This document shows, in pieces, positions 9,271 through 18,061 of a DNA stretch of 64,000 bases; position 1 is the stretch's first letter, and every line of letters starts with the position of its first letter. The translations under genes and the position numbers were made by a program. The stretch comes from Chromatiaceae bacterium. Its GTDB lineage: Bacteria > Pseudomonadota > Gammaproteobacteria > Chromatiales > Chromatiaceae. The stretch is from NCBI GenBank assembly GCA_022340805.1, contig JAJDNF010000086.1, forward strand, positions 28,895 to 92,894. Reading direction: 5' to 3'. The notes under the pieces were generated by a model. The model did no database searches, had not been told where the DNA came from, and was given only the letters and a program-made list of their open reading frames with translations.

Positions 9271-11232
9271 TTACTCACCCAGGCCCATCTTGATGTAGCC
9301 GGTCGGGCAGACATCAGCGCAGATGTGGCATCCGATACAACGCGAGTAGTCGGTCGCCACATAACGGCCGGTCGTCGCCTCTTTCTTGTCCACGCGATAC
9401 ACCGCATCCTGCGGGCAGAAGATCACGCAGTTGTCGCACTCGAAGCACATGCCACAGCTCATGCAGCGCTTGGCCTCGTCCTGTGCCTGCTTCTCCTCGA
9501 GGCCGATCAGGCGCTCATGGAAGTGACCCAGGACGTCGTCCGCCGTCGGCACCTCTTCACGACGCTTGATGCGCGGGGTGAACGCGAAGTGCCCGAGGAA
9601 CAGCTCGTCGTGAGGGATGACCTCGGCGAACGAACGGTCCTCGTAGTTGTGCACAGCGAAGTTTTCGGTCGAGGTGCCGCGCATATCACCGCGCTCACTG
9701 GGATCGAAATGCTCCGGCGAGAGACCCGCCTCCTGCAGTTTCCTGTCCAGGTTGAAGTGATGCACATCGACCTTGGGACGCTTCTTGTGTTCCTTCTTCT
9801 GCAGGTACTCGTCGATCGAGTCCGCGGCCACAGAGGCCTGGCCGATCGCGGTGGTCAGCAGGTGCGGGCGGATGATGTCGCCGGCGACAAAATGCTTCTC
9901 GCGGTCCGGGACCTGGTAGAAGCTGTCGGCGTTGATCAGGCCGCGACCGTTGTCCAGCACCTCGAGCCCGCTCAGGTCACCGCCCTGGCCGATTGCGGAG
10001 ACAATGAGGTCCGCCTCGAGGAGCTGCTCGGTGCCTTCGATCGGGGTTGGGCGGCCGCCGTCCATCTTGCACTTGGCGATCTTCAGGCCGGTGGCGCGGC
10101 CATCGGCACCAAGCACGACCTCGACCGGCATCACTTCGTCGAGAATCGTCACGCCCTCGTGCAGCGCGTCGTGCACTTCGTGCTCGGCAGCGGTCATGTT
10201 CTCTTTCGGGAACAGCGAGGTCAGCGTGACCGCAGCACCCTGCGCAGCAGCGGTAATCGCGGTGTCGTGCGCGACGAAGCCGTCGTTGACCACCAGCTCC
10301 GGACGATCGGTCGGGTTGGTCTGGTCGATGTGGCCGAGACGGCGCGCAACCGAGACGACGTCGATCGAGGTATCACCACCGCCGACGCACACCACCTTCG
10401 ACGCAGTAACCTTCATACGGCCTTCGTTGAAGGCCTTGAGGAACGCCACGCCGGACACGCAGTTTGGGGTGTTTTCCCAGCCCGGGACCGGCAGACCGCG
10501 ACCGGTCCAGCAACCCACGGCCCACAGGATCGCGTCATAGTCTTTCTCGAGCTGCTCGACGGTCACATCCTTGCCGACGCGCACGCCGGTGTGCACATCG
10601 ACCTTGCCCATGTCGACGATGCGCTGGATCTCGCCGGCCAGCTTGTCGCGCGGGATACGATAGTTCGGGATGCCGTACCGCATCATGCCGCCCAATTCGG
10701 GCTGCGATTCGAAAATGGCTACCGCGTGGCCCTTGCGACGCAGCTGATAGGCCGCAGCCATACCGGCGGGGCCGCCGCCGATCACCGCAACCTTCTTGCC
10801 GGTATCCGCGCCTGCCTCGAACTTGAAGCCATTGGCCAGCGCCGTGTCGCCGATGAATTGTTCGACCGCGTTGATACCGACGAAGTCTTCGACCTCGTTA
10901 CGGTTGCAGCCGTCCTGGCAGGGTGCCGGGCAGACGCGCCCCATCATCGACGGGAACGGGTTGGCATCGGTCGAGCGCCGGAACGCATACTCCTGCCAGC
11001 TCATTTCACCGCCAGGCTTCTCCTCGCCGCGCACGATAGCCAGCCAGCCGCGGATGTCCTCACCCGACGGGCAGCTGCCCTGGCAAGGCGGCGTCTTGTG
11101 CACATAGGTCGGGCACTTATGCGAGGTATCCTCTTTGAAAATCTTGTCCGTAAAGGAATCCCACTGGTTCTCCCCGTCTTCGAAACGGCGCCAAGTGAGT
11201 TTGGTGTTCATCTCATCGCTAGGAGTTGCCAT
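9271..11232 (-). CDS. dsrL: DsrL, iron-sulfur flavoprotein (DsrL-1 type)
   Basis: PPCQGSCP, GRVCPAPCQDGCNR, IGGGPAG, GGGDTSID, TLTSLF (no YRR), C-terminal ferredoxin domain. Confidence 0.96.
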   Translation of the reverse strand: MATPSDEMNTKLTWRRFEDGENQWDSFTDKIFKEDTSHKCPTYVHKTPPCQGSCPSGEDIRGWLAIVRGEEKPGGEMSWQEYAFRRSTDANPFPSMMGRVCPAPCQDGCNRNEVEDFVGINAVEQFIGDTALANGFKFEAGADTGKKVAVIGGGPAGMAAAYQLRRKGHAVAIFESQPELGGMMRYGIPNYRIPRDKLAGEIQRIVDMGKVDVHTGVRVGKDVTVEQLEKDYDAILWAVGCWTGRGLPVPGWENTPNCVSGVAFLKAFNEGRMKVTASKVVCVGGGDTSIDVVSVARRLGHIDQTNPTDRPELVVNDGFVAHDTAITAAAQGAAVTLTSLFPKENMTAAEHEVHDALHEGVTILDEVMPVEVVLGADGRATGLKIAKCKMDGGRPTPIEGTEQLLEADLIVSAIGQGGDLSGLEVLDNGRGLINADSFYQVPDREKHFVAGDIIRPHLLTTAIGQASVAADSIDEYLQKKEHKKRPKVDVHHFNLDRKLQEAGLSPEHFDPSERGDMRGTSTENFAVHNYEDRSFAEVIPHDELFLGHFAFTPRIKRREEVPTADDVLGHFHERLIGLEEKQAQDEAKRCMSCGMCFECDNCVIFCPQDAVYRVDKKEATTGRYVATDYSRCIGCHICADVCPTGYIKMGLGE

Positions 11233-11307
11233 CTGAAACTCTCCTTACCTTAAATGCCCAGTTGATCCCGCGGGATCGGTTCTAGTTCGTATGCAGGAAC
11301 GCCGCGC

Positions 11308-12843
11308 TCAATCGTCGTCGTCTGCAGATTCATCGTCATCGTCGTCACTGTTCTGTCCGGTGAGCACGATGGCGTTCGATACCAATTGGTGGACGCTGAC
11401 GATCATGTCCATGTCCATGCCGTAGTACGGGAGCACCTTGGTGAACTGCGATTTGCAGATCGCGCAGATCGCGGCCATGTTGGTCACGCCGTGTTCTTCA
11501 ATGACGTTTTTCAACGCCTCCATGCGCGGCTTGGCGCCCTTGACACGAAGTTCCATCAGATCGTCAGTCAACAGACCACCACCGCCACCGCAGCAGAAGG
11601 TCTTTTCATGGATGGTGTCCGGTGCCATGTCGACGAAGCTGTTGCACACCGCCTTGATCACGTTGCGCGGTATCTTGAACTGGCCGCCCGGCTCACTGCC
11701 CATGCGCGATGCGCGCGCCACGTTGCACGAATCGTGGAAGGTCACGACCATGTGGTCGTTGGCCGATTTGTCGATATTCAGCGTGCCCTTCTGCATCTCA
11801 CCCCAGGTGAACTCGAGGATGTGCTGCGGCACCGGGTAGTTCGGGTCGAGGAAATCGAACGGACCGGCCAGGGTGTTCAGGAAGCTGTAGGCGACGCGCC
11901 AGGCGTGGCCGCACTCACCGAAGATGATGCGCTTGACGCCCAGCTCGAGTGCCGCCTCGCGGATACGCAGCGACACCCGACGCATGTTCTCGTATGAGCC
12001 GATGAACATACCGAAGTTGGCCGCCTCGGAGGCCTTGGAGCTCAGCGTCCACGACACACCGGCCTCGTGGAACACCTTACCGTAGCCGATCAGGCCGTCG
12101 ACGTGCGGTTCGGCGAAGAAGTCTGCAGACGGCGTGACCAGCAGGATGTCGGCGCCCTTGACGTCCAGCGGGTACTTGACCGCGACGCCGGTGTCTTCTT
12201 CGACGTCCTCTTCCAGACCCTCGAGGGTATCGGCCAGCGCGGCCTCCGGCAGGCCCAAATTATTGCCGATCTTGTAGACCTTGCCGATGATCTCGTTGCA
12301 GTACTTCTGGCCGACACCGATACGGTCCATGATCTCGCGCGCCGCCATCGAGATCTCTGCCGTGTCGATCCCGTACGGGCAGAACACCGAGCAGCGGCGG
12401 CACTGCGAGCACTGGTGGAAGTAGCTGTACCAGTCGTCCAGGACCTCCTTGGTCAGGTCCTCGGCGCCAACCAGTTTCGGGAAGTACTTGCCGGCGAAGG
12501 TGAAGTGGCGGCGGTAGACCTTGCGCAGCAGGTCCTGGCGGCCGACCGGCATGTTCTTCGGATCACTGGTGCCCAGGTAGTAATGGCATTTGTCCGTGCA
12601 TGCACCACATTTCACGCAGGAATCGAGATACACCTGCAGCGAACGGTACTTGCCGAGCAGATCACCCATCGCCTCGATGGCCTTGTCGTGCCAGTCGTCC
12701 GGCAACTCGCCGGGGAAACCCAACGGCTCCTGAAAATCCGGCTTGGCGATGTAAGGCTGACTGTGCGCCATCGTGCCCGGCACGACCGCCGGCACTTCCG
12801 GGAACTCTTGCAGCTGGGGGATTTCGAAATCTGCTTTTGCCAT
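11308..12843 (-). CDS. dsrK: DsrK, HdrD-like Fe-S protein with CCG domain
   Basis: CVKCGACTDKC, CSQCRRCSVFCP, ECGH, FHDSC, FCCGGGGG. Confidence 0.96.
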   Translation of the reverse strand: MAKADFEIPQLQEFPEVPAVVPGTMAHSQPYIAKPDFQEPLGFPGELPDDWHDKAIEAMGDLLGKYRSLQVYLDSCVKCGACTDKCHYYLGTSDPKNMPVGRQDLLRKVYRRHFTFAGKYFPKLVGAEDLTKEVLDDWYSYFHQCSQCRRCSVFCPYGIDTAEISMAAREIMDRIGVGQKYCNEIIGKVYKIGNNLGLPEAALADTLEGLEEDVEEDTGVAVKYPLDVKGADILLVTPSADFFAEPHVDGLIGYGKVFHEAGVSWTLSSKASEAANFGMFIGSYENMRRVSLRIREAALELGVKRIIFGECGHAWRVAYSFLNTLAGPFDFLDPNYPVPQHILEFTWGEMQKGTLNIDKSANDHMVVTFHDSCNVARASRMGSEPGGQFKIPRNVIKAVCNSFVDMAPDTIHEKTFCCGGGGGLLTDDLMELRVKGAKPRMEALKNVIEEHGVTNMAAICAICKSQFTKVLPYYGMDMDMIVSVHQLVSNAIVLTGQNSDDDDDESADDDD

Positions 12844-12864
12844 GCTCGCTGACCTTGCTCCGAC

Positions 12865-13602
12865 TTACTGTTCCAGCTTGCGCGCCCAATCGGCGATGTG
12901 GCGCTGCTCACGGGGGTTGTCGATCTGGTTACGGGTTGGACTGAAGAACACGCCCGGCGCGTGCAGCAACTTGCTGATCGGGAAAATGATCATCAGCAAC
13001 GCCACCAGCAGCAGATGCACGACGATGAACGGATCGCTCGGCAGATTCGGCATGTCGCTGAAATTGAAGGTCATCAGACTGCGGAAGAAGGCCTTCACCG
13101 CCACCACGTCGGTGTGCGCAACAAAGGTGGTCATCGCACCGCTGACGCCTATCAAGAGCAGCAACAGCAGCATCAGGTGATCAGATGGCGCCGATATATA
13201 GCGCACCCGATCGACGAACAGACGACGCGCCCACAGGCCGAGCAGCCCGATGATCATCGCGAAGGCCAGGTATTTGAACAAAGGGCCGACCCAGGTGACC
13301 ACGCCCCACACGGGGTCCTGGAAGTAGCGCAGGTGGCGGAACAACACGGCGAACAACGCCATGTGAAACATCCAGCCAAATACCCAGGTCCACTTGGTCG
13401 ACTTGAAAAGGCTTTCGAAAAACACGACTTCCCGGAACATGCGCAGCACGACGCCGCCCTGGGTGACAGGTGCCGGCGTGGTGGGGATCTTCAATGGCGC
13501 CGGCGTCTTCCAATACAGCGCGATGCGACGGGCCAGACCCACCACCAGCAACAGGGTAGCGGCGTAAAACAGTGCGGCAAATGCGACCGTCAGAAACGAC
13601 AT
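12865..13602 (-). CDS. dsrM: DsrM, NarI-like membrane cytochrome b
   Basis: PLKIPTTPAP, heme-ligand His residues (MFHM, RHLRY, VHLL, KLLH), PTRNQ. Confidence 0.95.
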   Translation of the reverse strand: MSFLTVAFAALFYAATLLLVVGLARRIALYWKTPAPLKIPTTPAPVTQGGVVLRMFREVVFFESLFKSTKWTWVFGWMFHMALFAVLFRHLRYFQDPVWGVVTWVGPLFKYLAFAMIIGLLGLWARRLFVDRVRYISAPSDHLMLLLLLLIGVSGAMTTFVAHTDVVAVKAFFRSLMTFNFSDMPNLPSDPFIVVHLLLVALLMIIFPISKLLHAPGVFFSPTRNQIDNPREQRHIADWARKLEQ

Positions 13603-13676
13603 GTTTCCGAAAACCTCTTTCTCGTTAGACGGGCCGGGCGGAACCCTGGGGATCCGCCCGGGGGATCAGCTACGGA

Positions 13677-14009
13677 TCAGACGCAACCGGTCGGCTTCGG
13701 CAGCCCGGCATAACGGCAGGCCTGCTTACCAGGGCCGTAGGGGAACAGGCCGTACAGGTACTTGCTGTTGCCCTTGTCCTTACCCATCTTCTTGCCAACT
13801 GCCTTGGTCAGAACGCGCACCGCCGGAGCAATCTGATACTCCTCGTAGTACTCGCGCAGGAAGTTGATGATGTCCCAGTGCTCGTCGGTGAGATCCAGTT
13901 CGTCTTCCTTGGCCATCACCTCGGCGACGCCGGGCTCCCACTCGTTGATGTTCGCCAAGTAACCTTCTTCGTCGGTCTCAAAGGTCTTACCATTTACTTC
14001 GATAGGCAT
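13677..14009 (-). CDS. dsrC: DsrC sulfur carrier
   Basis: C-terminal C-X10-C (CRYAGLPKPTGCV). Confidence 0.97.
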   Translation of the reverse strand: MPIEVNGKTFETDEEGYLANINEWEPGVAEVMAKEDELDLTDEHWDIINFLREYYEEYQIAPAVRVLTKAVGKKMGKDKGNSKYLYGLFPYGPGKQACRYAGLPKPTGCV

Positions 14010-14051
14010 GTCTATCTCCTCTCAGAATGAGTTTGCGAATTCGGGCTGGTC

Positions 14052-14360
14052 TTACAACCAGGCCTGTACCTTGTCGTTGGCTTCCACCAGATCGACGAAA
14101 CCTGTGTAATCGACCAGCTCGATGCCATCGATGATGCGGTCAGCCTTGATGGCGCGAGCCATGACATCGGACTTGAGGGCGTATACCTTTCGGTCGCCCA
14201 GCGCGCCTTTCACCATGTCTTCCGCCACGGTGCCTTTCATGGCGCCGTAGACACCGTCTTCGATCAGCAGGATCGACGAGCCCGCCAGCGAGAACTTGAT
14301 CGCCGCCTCCAGCGAGTTCTTTTCGAACGGTGATTTGTTAACTGTGTGCAGATCAGCCAT
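14052..14360 (-). CDS. dsrH: DsrH (TusB family)
   Basis: LHTVNKSP, LLIEDGVY, VDYTGFVDL. Confidence 0.95.
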   Translation of the reverse strand: MADLHTVNKSPFEKNSLEAAIKFSLAGSSILLIEDGVYGAMKGTVAEDMVKGALGDRKVYALKSDVMARAIKADRIIDGIELVDYTGFVDLVEANDKVQAWL

Positions 14361-14369
14361 CGGACTACC

Positions 14370-14777
14370 TCAGAAACTGAATACGACTTCGGATTCGGCC
14401 ATCAACTGCGCGACCTGATCCGCATCCACCGGCTCGACGATGTTGTCGACCTCTTCTTCCGTCTCGAAGTCTTCCCAGGCCACCTCGATCAGGTCCTCCT
14501 GGGTCAGACCACGCGCCTCGAGAGACGCCTTGTCGACATACAGGTGACGCACACCGTAGTCGCCGAGGGTCCGGTAGGTCGGCATGAAGTTCTTCATGTC
14601 CGACTGCGAGGTATCGCTGCCCTTGACCAGCTGGAAAACGCCGTCGTCCATGAAAATCAGACTGACTTCCTGGTCGAAGGCGGCACCGATCAGCACCACC
14701 TCGAGCGACTCCCAGGCGTAGATGGTGCCGTAGGGAGCACGACGGTTCAGATACATGAACTTCTTGATATCAGACAT
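14370..14777 (-). CDS. dsrF: DsrF (TusC family)
   Basis: APYGTIYAWESLE, FMDDGVFQL. Confidence 0.95.
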   Translation of the reverse strand: MSDIKKFMYLNRRAPYGTIYAWESLEVVLIGAAFDQEVSLIFMDDGVFQLVKGSDTSQSDMKNFMPTYRTLGDYGVRHLYVDKASLEARGLTQEDLIEVAWEDFETEEEVDNIVEPVDADQVAQLMAESEVVFSF

Positions 14778-14790
14778 CGCTCAGAACCCC

Positions 14791-15183
14791 TCAATCACCG
14801 AACACGACCAGACGGTCGGCCTGGATGGCAGCCTCGACCAACTGGCCCAAACCGGAGATCCGGAACTTGGGCGCGATGTTGGTCGCGTCTTTGCCATTAC
14901 GCTGTGCCTCACCCTCGTCGACGAGGCCGCGGCGCTGGGCCGCGGCCACGCACAGAACCAGATCGAGATCGTACTTCTCTGCCAGTTCCACCCAGCGTTT
15001 GACGATATTGCGATCGTCCTGTGGCGGCGTGGTCAGACGGGTGCCGTTGAGCACACCGTCGTGGTAGAAGAACACGCGGAACACTTCGTGACCCTTCTCC
15101 AGGGCCGCCTTGGTGAAGTGGTAAGCCGAGTCGGTCGCCTGGTGTTGGTAGGGACCCTCGTTCACCTGTACTGCCAGTTTCAT
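14791..15183 (-). CDS. dsrE: DsrE (TusD family) sulfurtransferase
   Basis: VFFYHDGV, active-site CVAAAQRRG, SGLGQL. Confidence 0.96.
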   Translation of the reverse strand: MKLAVQVNEGPYQHQATDSAYHFTKAALEKGHEVFRVFFYHDGVLNGTRLTTPPQDDRNIVKRWVELAEKYDLDLVLCVAAAQRRGLVDEGEAQRNGKDATNIAPKFRISGLGQLVEAAIQADRLVVFGD

Positions 15184-15213
15184 AACGTTGTATGACCTCG
15201 TCTGAAACCGCTA

Positions 15214-16287
15214 TCAGAAGCGGATGTAGGTTGAGGAGTTCAAGCTCTTACGCGAACCACGCCAGTTGTCGATGTGGTACTTCGTGAAGGGCAACTCGAC
15301 CGCTTCGAAGAAGCGCGGCCAGCCGATGCGCTCGATCCACTCGTTGATGCGCTCCCAGTCGCGTGCACCCTCTTTGTAGGCCTTGAGGATCTTCTTGACG
15401 ATCGCGGTCGCCTCCGGCCAACGCGGCGGGTTGTTCGGGATGCCGGCTGCAACCAGTTTCTGGAAGGTCGGCTTGCCACGCGCATTGGAGTGGTTACCAC
15501 CTACCCAGATTGCCAGCTTGGTGTGCTCGGCATCGTTGATCTGCATCGGCGGACACGGCGGGAAGCAGGCACCACAGCAGATGCACTTCTTCTCGTCGAC
15601 TTCCAGCGACGGCTTGCCGTTGACCATGGCCGGACGAATCGCGGCTACCGGGCAACGTGCGACGACCGACGGACGCTCACACACGTTGGCAACCAGGTCG
15701 TGGTTGATCTTCGGCGGCTTGGTGTGCTGCACGTTGATCGCAATATCACCCTGGCCACCGCAGTTGATCTGGCAGCAGGAGGTGGTGATGTGTACGCGGT
15801 TCGGCATGTTCGCATTGCGGAACTCGTCGATCAGCTCGTCCATCATCGACTTCACCACGCCCGATGCGTCGGTGCCCGGGATGTCGCAGTGCAGCCAACC
15901 CTGGGTGTGCGAGATCATGGTGACCGAGTTCTGGGTACCACCGACGATGAAGCCGGCCTTCTCGATCGCGTCGATCAGCGGCTGGACCTTGGCCTCGTCG
16001 GTCACCATGTATTCGATGTTCGAACGGATGGTGAAGTGGACGTAGCCTTCGCCGTAGGTGTCGCCGATGTCGCACAGGGTGCGCAGCGTGAACACGTCAA
16101 GGATACGCTGGGTGCCGACACGGACGGTCCATACCTTGTCGCCGTTCTTGGCGACGTGCAGCAGGACGCCGGGGCGCGGGTGGCTGTGGTAGGCCCACAG
16201 ACCGAAGTTGCGACGCATAACCGGGTGCATGTACTGGAACGGATCGGGACACCCAGTCTCGATCGGCTCGCGCATTTCTTTCGCCAT
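15214..16287 (-). CDS. dsrB: Reverse dissimilatory sulfite reductase beta subunit
   Basis: HTQGWLHCDIP, SCCQINCG, CICCGACFPPCP, IERIGWPRFF. Confidence 0.98.
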   Translation of the reverse strand: MAKEMREPIETGCPDPFQYMHPVMRRNFGLWAYHSHPRPGVLLHVAKNGDKVWTVRVGTQRILDVFTLRTLCDIGDTYGEGYVHFTIRSNIEYMVTDEAKVQPLIDAIEKAGFIVGGTQNSVTMISHTQGWLHCDIPGTDASGVVKSMMDELIDEFRNANMPNRVHITTSCCQINCGGQGDIAINVQHTKPPKINHDLVANVCERPSVVARCPVAAIRPAMVNGKPSLEVDEKKCICCGACFPPCPPMQINDAEHTKLAIWVGGNHSNARGKPTFQKLVAAGIPNNPPRWPEATAIVKKILKAYKEGARDWERINEWIERIGWPRFFEAVELPFTKYHIDNWRGSRKSLNSSTYIRF

Positions 16288-16391
16288 TTTTCCCTCCAAA
16301 AAGCGGGGCTATTCGCGTAAAGCTTGCCCTGTGACGCGCCTGCCATTGCAGCCGCGTCACAAGGATCAGGTTCTCAAACGGACGGTATGGG

Positions 16392-17642
16392 TCAGGACGC
16401 CTCGGCCTGACGATCGAACCATTTCACCGCCTCGTCGTCCCAACCATCCATACGGATGTACGAGCACTCGCGCGGGTGGTTGACCATGTTCGGATCGACT
16501 TCGACGCCGATACCTTCCAGGAAGTTGACCAGACCGATACGCTCGATCATCTCGCCGCAACGCTCGTGTTCCAGTGCGTTCTCTGCCCAGAAATCGATGA
16601 TCTCTTCGGCCATCTCGACCAGCGATTCCCAGTCTTCCTCGGTCTCGAGCTTCTTGAACGGCACCACGACGGTGCCCATCAGGTCGCCGATCTTCAGGGT
16701 GCGCTTGCCACCGATCAGGATGGTGACGCCCCGGTCGTCGCCGGGGTGCAGCGCCTTAGGCACCACGTTCAGGCAGTGCATGCAGCGCACGCAGTCCTTG
16801 TTGTTGACCGCGAGCGTGTCGTCGTCCTTCAGGGCCAGCGCATTGGTCGGGCAGCGGGTGATGATGTTGTCGATCACGTGCTGACGACCCTTGCGACCCA
16901 CGTAGGCCTTCCACTCGTCCTGGTTGACCTTCATGTCGTCGCGCCAGGTGCCGATCACAGCGAAGTCGGCGCGCTCGATGGCGTTCTGGCAGTCGTTCGG
17001 ACAACCGGAGACCTTGAACTTGAACTTGTACGGCAGGGCCGGGCGATGCACGTCGTCGGTGAAGTTGTTCACCAGCAGGCGGTGCGCCTTCTGCTCGTTC
17101 GTGCACGACATCTCGCAACGCGCTGCGCCGACACAGGACATCGCGGTACGCACGCACGGGCCGGCGCCGCCGAGGTCCCAACCGTAGTCGTTGATCTCGT
17201 CGAAGAAGTGCTGGGTGTTCTCGGTGGTGGTACCGATGAACATGATGTTGCCGGTCTGACCGTGGAAGGTCACCAGGCCCGAACCCCACTTCTCCCAGCT
17301 GTCGGCGAGCTGGCGCAGCATGCCGGTGCTGTAGTGGTTACCCGCAGGCGGTTGAACGCGCAGGGTATGGAATTCTTTCGACTTGGGAAACGCCTTACCA
17401 ACCTCGGAGAAGCGCGGGATGATGCCGCCGCCATATCCGTAAACGGAAACGGTACCGCCCTTCCAATAACCCTTGCGGGTCTCGTAAGAGTGCTCGAGCT
17501 GACCGAGCAGGGAGTTGGTCATCTCGTTGATGCGCGCGTCCGGATGCTGGTCACGCAGGCGCTTGATGCCGCTGATGAAGCTGGGCCACGGACCTTCCTC
17601 GAGCTGGTCGAGCATAGGTGTTGGATACTGGTCGATTGCCAT
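16392..17642 (-). CDS. dsrA: Reverse dissimilatory sulfite reductase alpha subunit
   Basis: YWKGGTVSVYGYGGG, CVGAARCE, KFKFKVSGCPNDC, CVRCMHCLN; AGGAGA RBS before ATG 17642. Confidence 0.98.
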   Translation of the reverse strand: MAIDQYPTPMLDQLEEGPWPSFISGIKRLRDQHPDARINEMTNSLLGQLEHSYETRKGYWKGGTVSVYGYGGGIIPRFSEVGKAFPKSKEFHTLRVQPPAGNHYSTGMLRQLADSWEKWGSGLVTFHGQTGNIMFIGTTTENTQHFFDEINDYGWDLGGAGPCVRTAMSCVGAARCEMSCTNEQKAHRLLVNNFTDDVHRPALPYKFKFKVSGCPNDCQNAIERADFAVIGTWRDDMKVNQDEWKAYVGRKGRQHVIDNIITRCPTNALALKDDDTLAVNNKDCVRCMHCLNVVPKALHPGDDRGVTILIGGKRTLKIGDLMGTVVVPFKKLETEEDWESLVEMAEEIIDFWAENALEHERCGEMIERIGLVNFLEGIGVEVDPNMVNHPRECSYIRMDGWDDEAVKWFDRQAEAS

Positions 17643-17900
17643 GTCGCTGTTTCTCCTGACTAATCGTTCGTATTTGGCGGAATTCCGAAGTCGCCGAGCC
17701 GATTGCATCGACCGAACGACGTGATCCTTGGGTCACTCACCGGATAGGAGGAGGGGTAAGGATCGACCCGAACCCGCCAGACTGCCACGCGGGCATCTGG
17801 CCCCCTATCAACGGTGGCTAATATTAGGGGAGCATTGACGCTTCCCATACTCCACCATTGGGGGATAGGGAGGGTAAGCGCCTATCCCTTTCGAGATATG
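17643..17900 (-). promoter_or_regulatory. Long structured dsrA leader with duplicated C/U-rich motif
   Basis: Complementary blocks 17664-17670/17713-17719 and 17723-17729/17758-17764, hairpin 17776-17801; direct repeat at 17742-17760 and 17863-17878. Confidence 0.5.
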
Positions 17901-17907
17901 TGGGTAT

Positions 17908-17921
17908 TTGACCCAGATCAA
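17908..17921. promoter_or_regulatory. FNR/CRP-family box TTGACCCAGATCAA in the dsrA/tauD divergent region
   Basis: One mismatch to TTGAT-N4-ATCAA. Confidence 0.6.
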
Positions 17922-18061
17922 AGGCAAAAACCAGGCCATTGAATTGACGGGACTTTTGGTCCGTTGGGCCAGTTTTTCATTTTAGCGTATCCTAACCTGC
18001 TAATTGACCAGCCGGACCCAGAACCGGCGCACCCAGGACCCGCAAGACAGAGGCGCCACCG

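Noticed and set aside
9010-11253. Long antisense ORFs (also 27370..29019, 51099..52856, 19178..20509 and others)
   Set aside because: Shadow ORFs opposite well-supported genes, typical of high-GC codon bias
17781-17796. Resemblance of ACTGCC-ACGCG-GGCAT to the type I-F CRISPR repeat hairpin
   Set aside because: Only a short stem matches, it is a single copy, and this is expected by chance in GC-rich DNA
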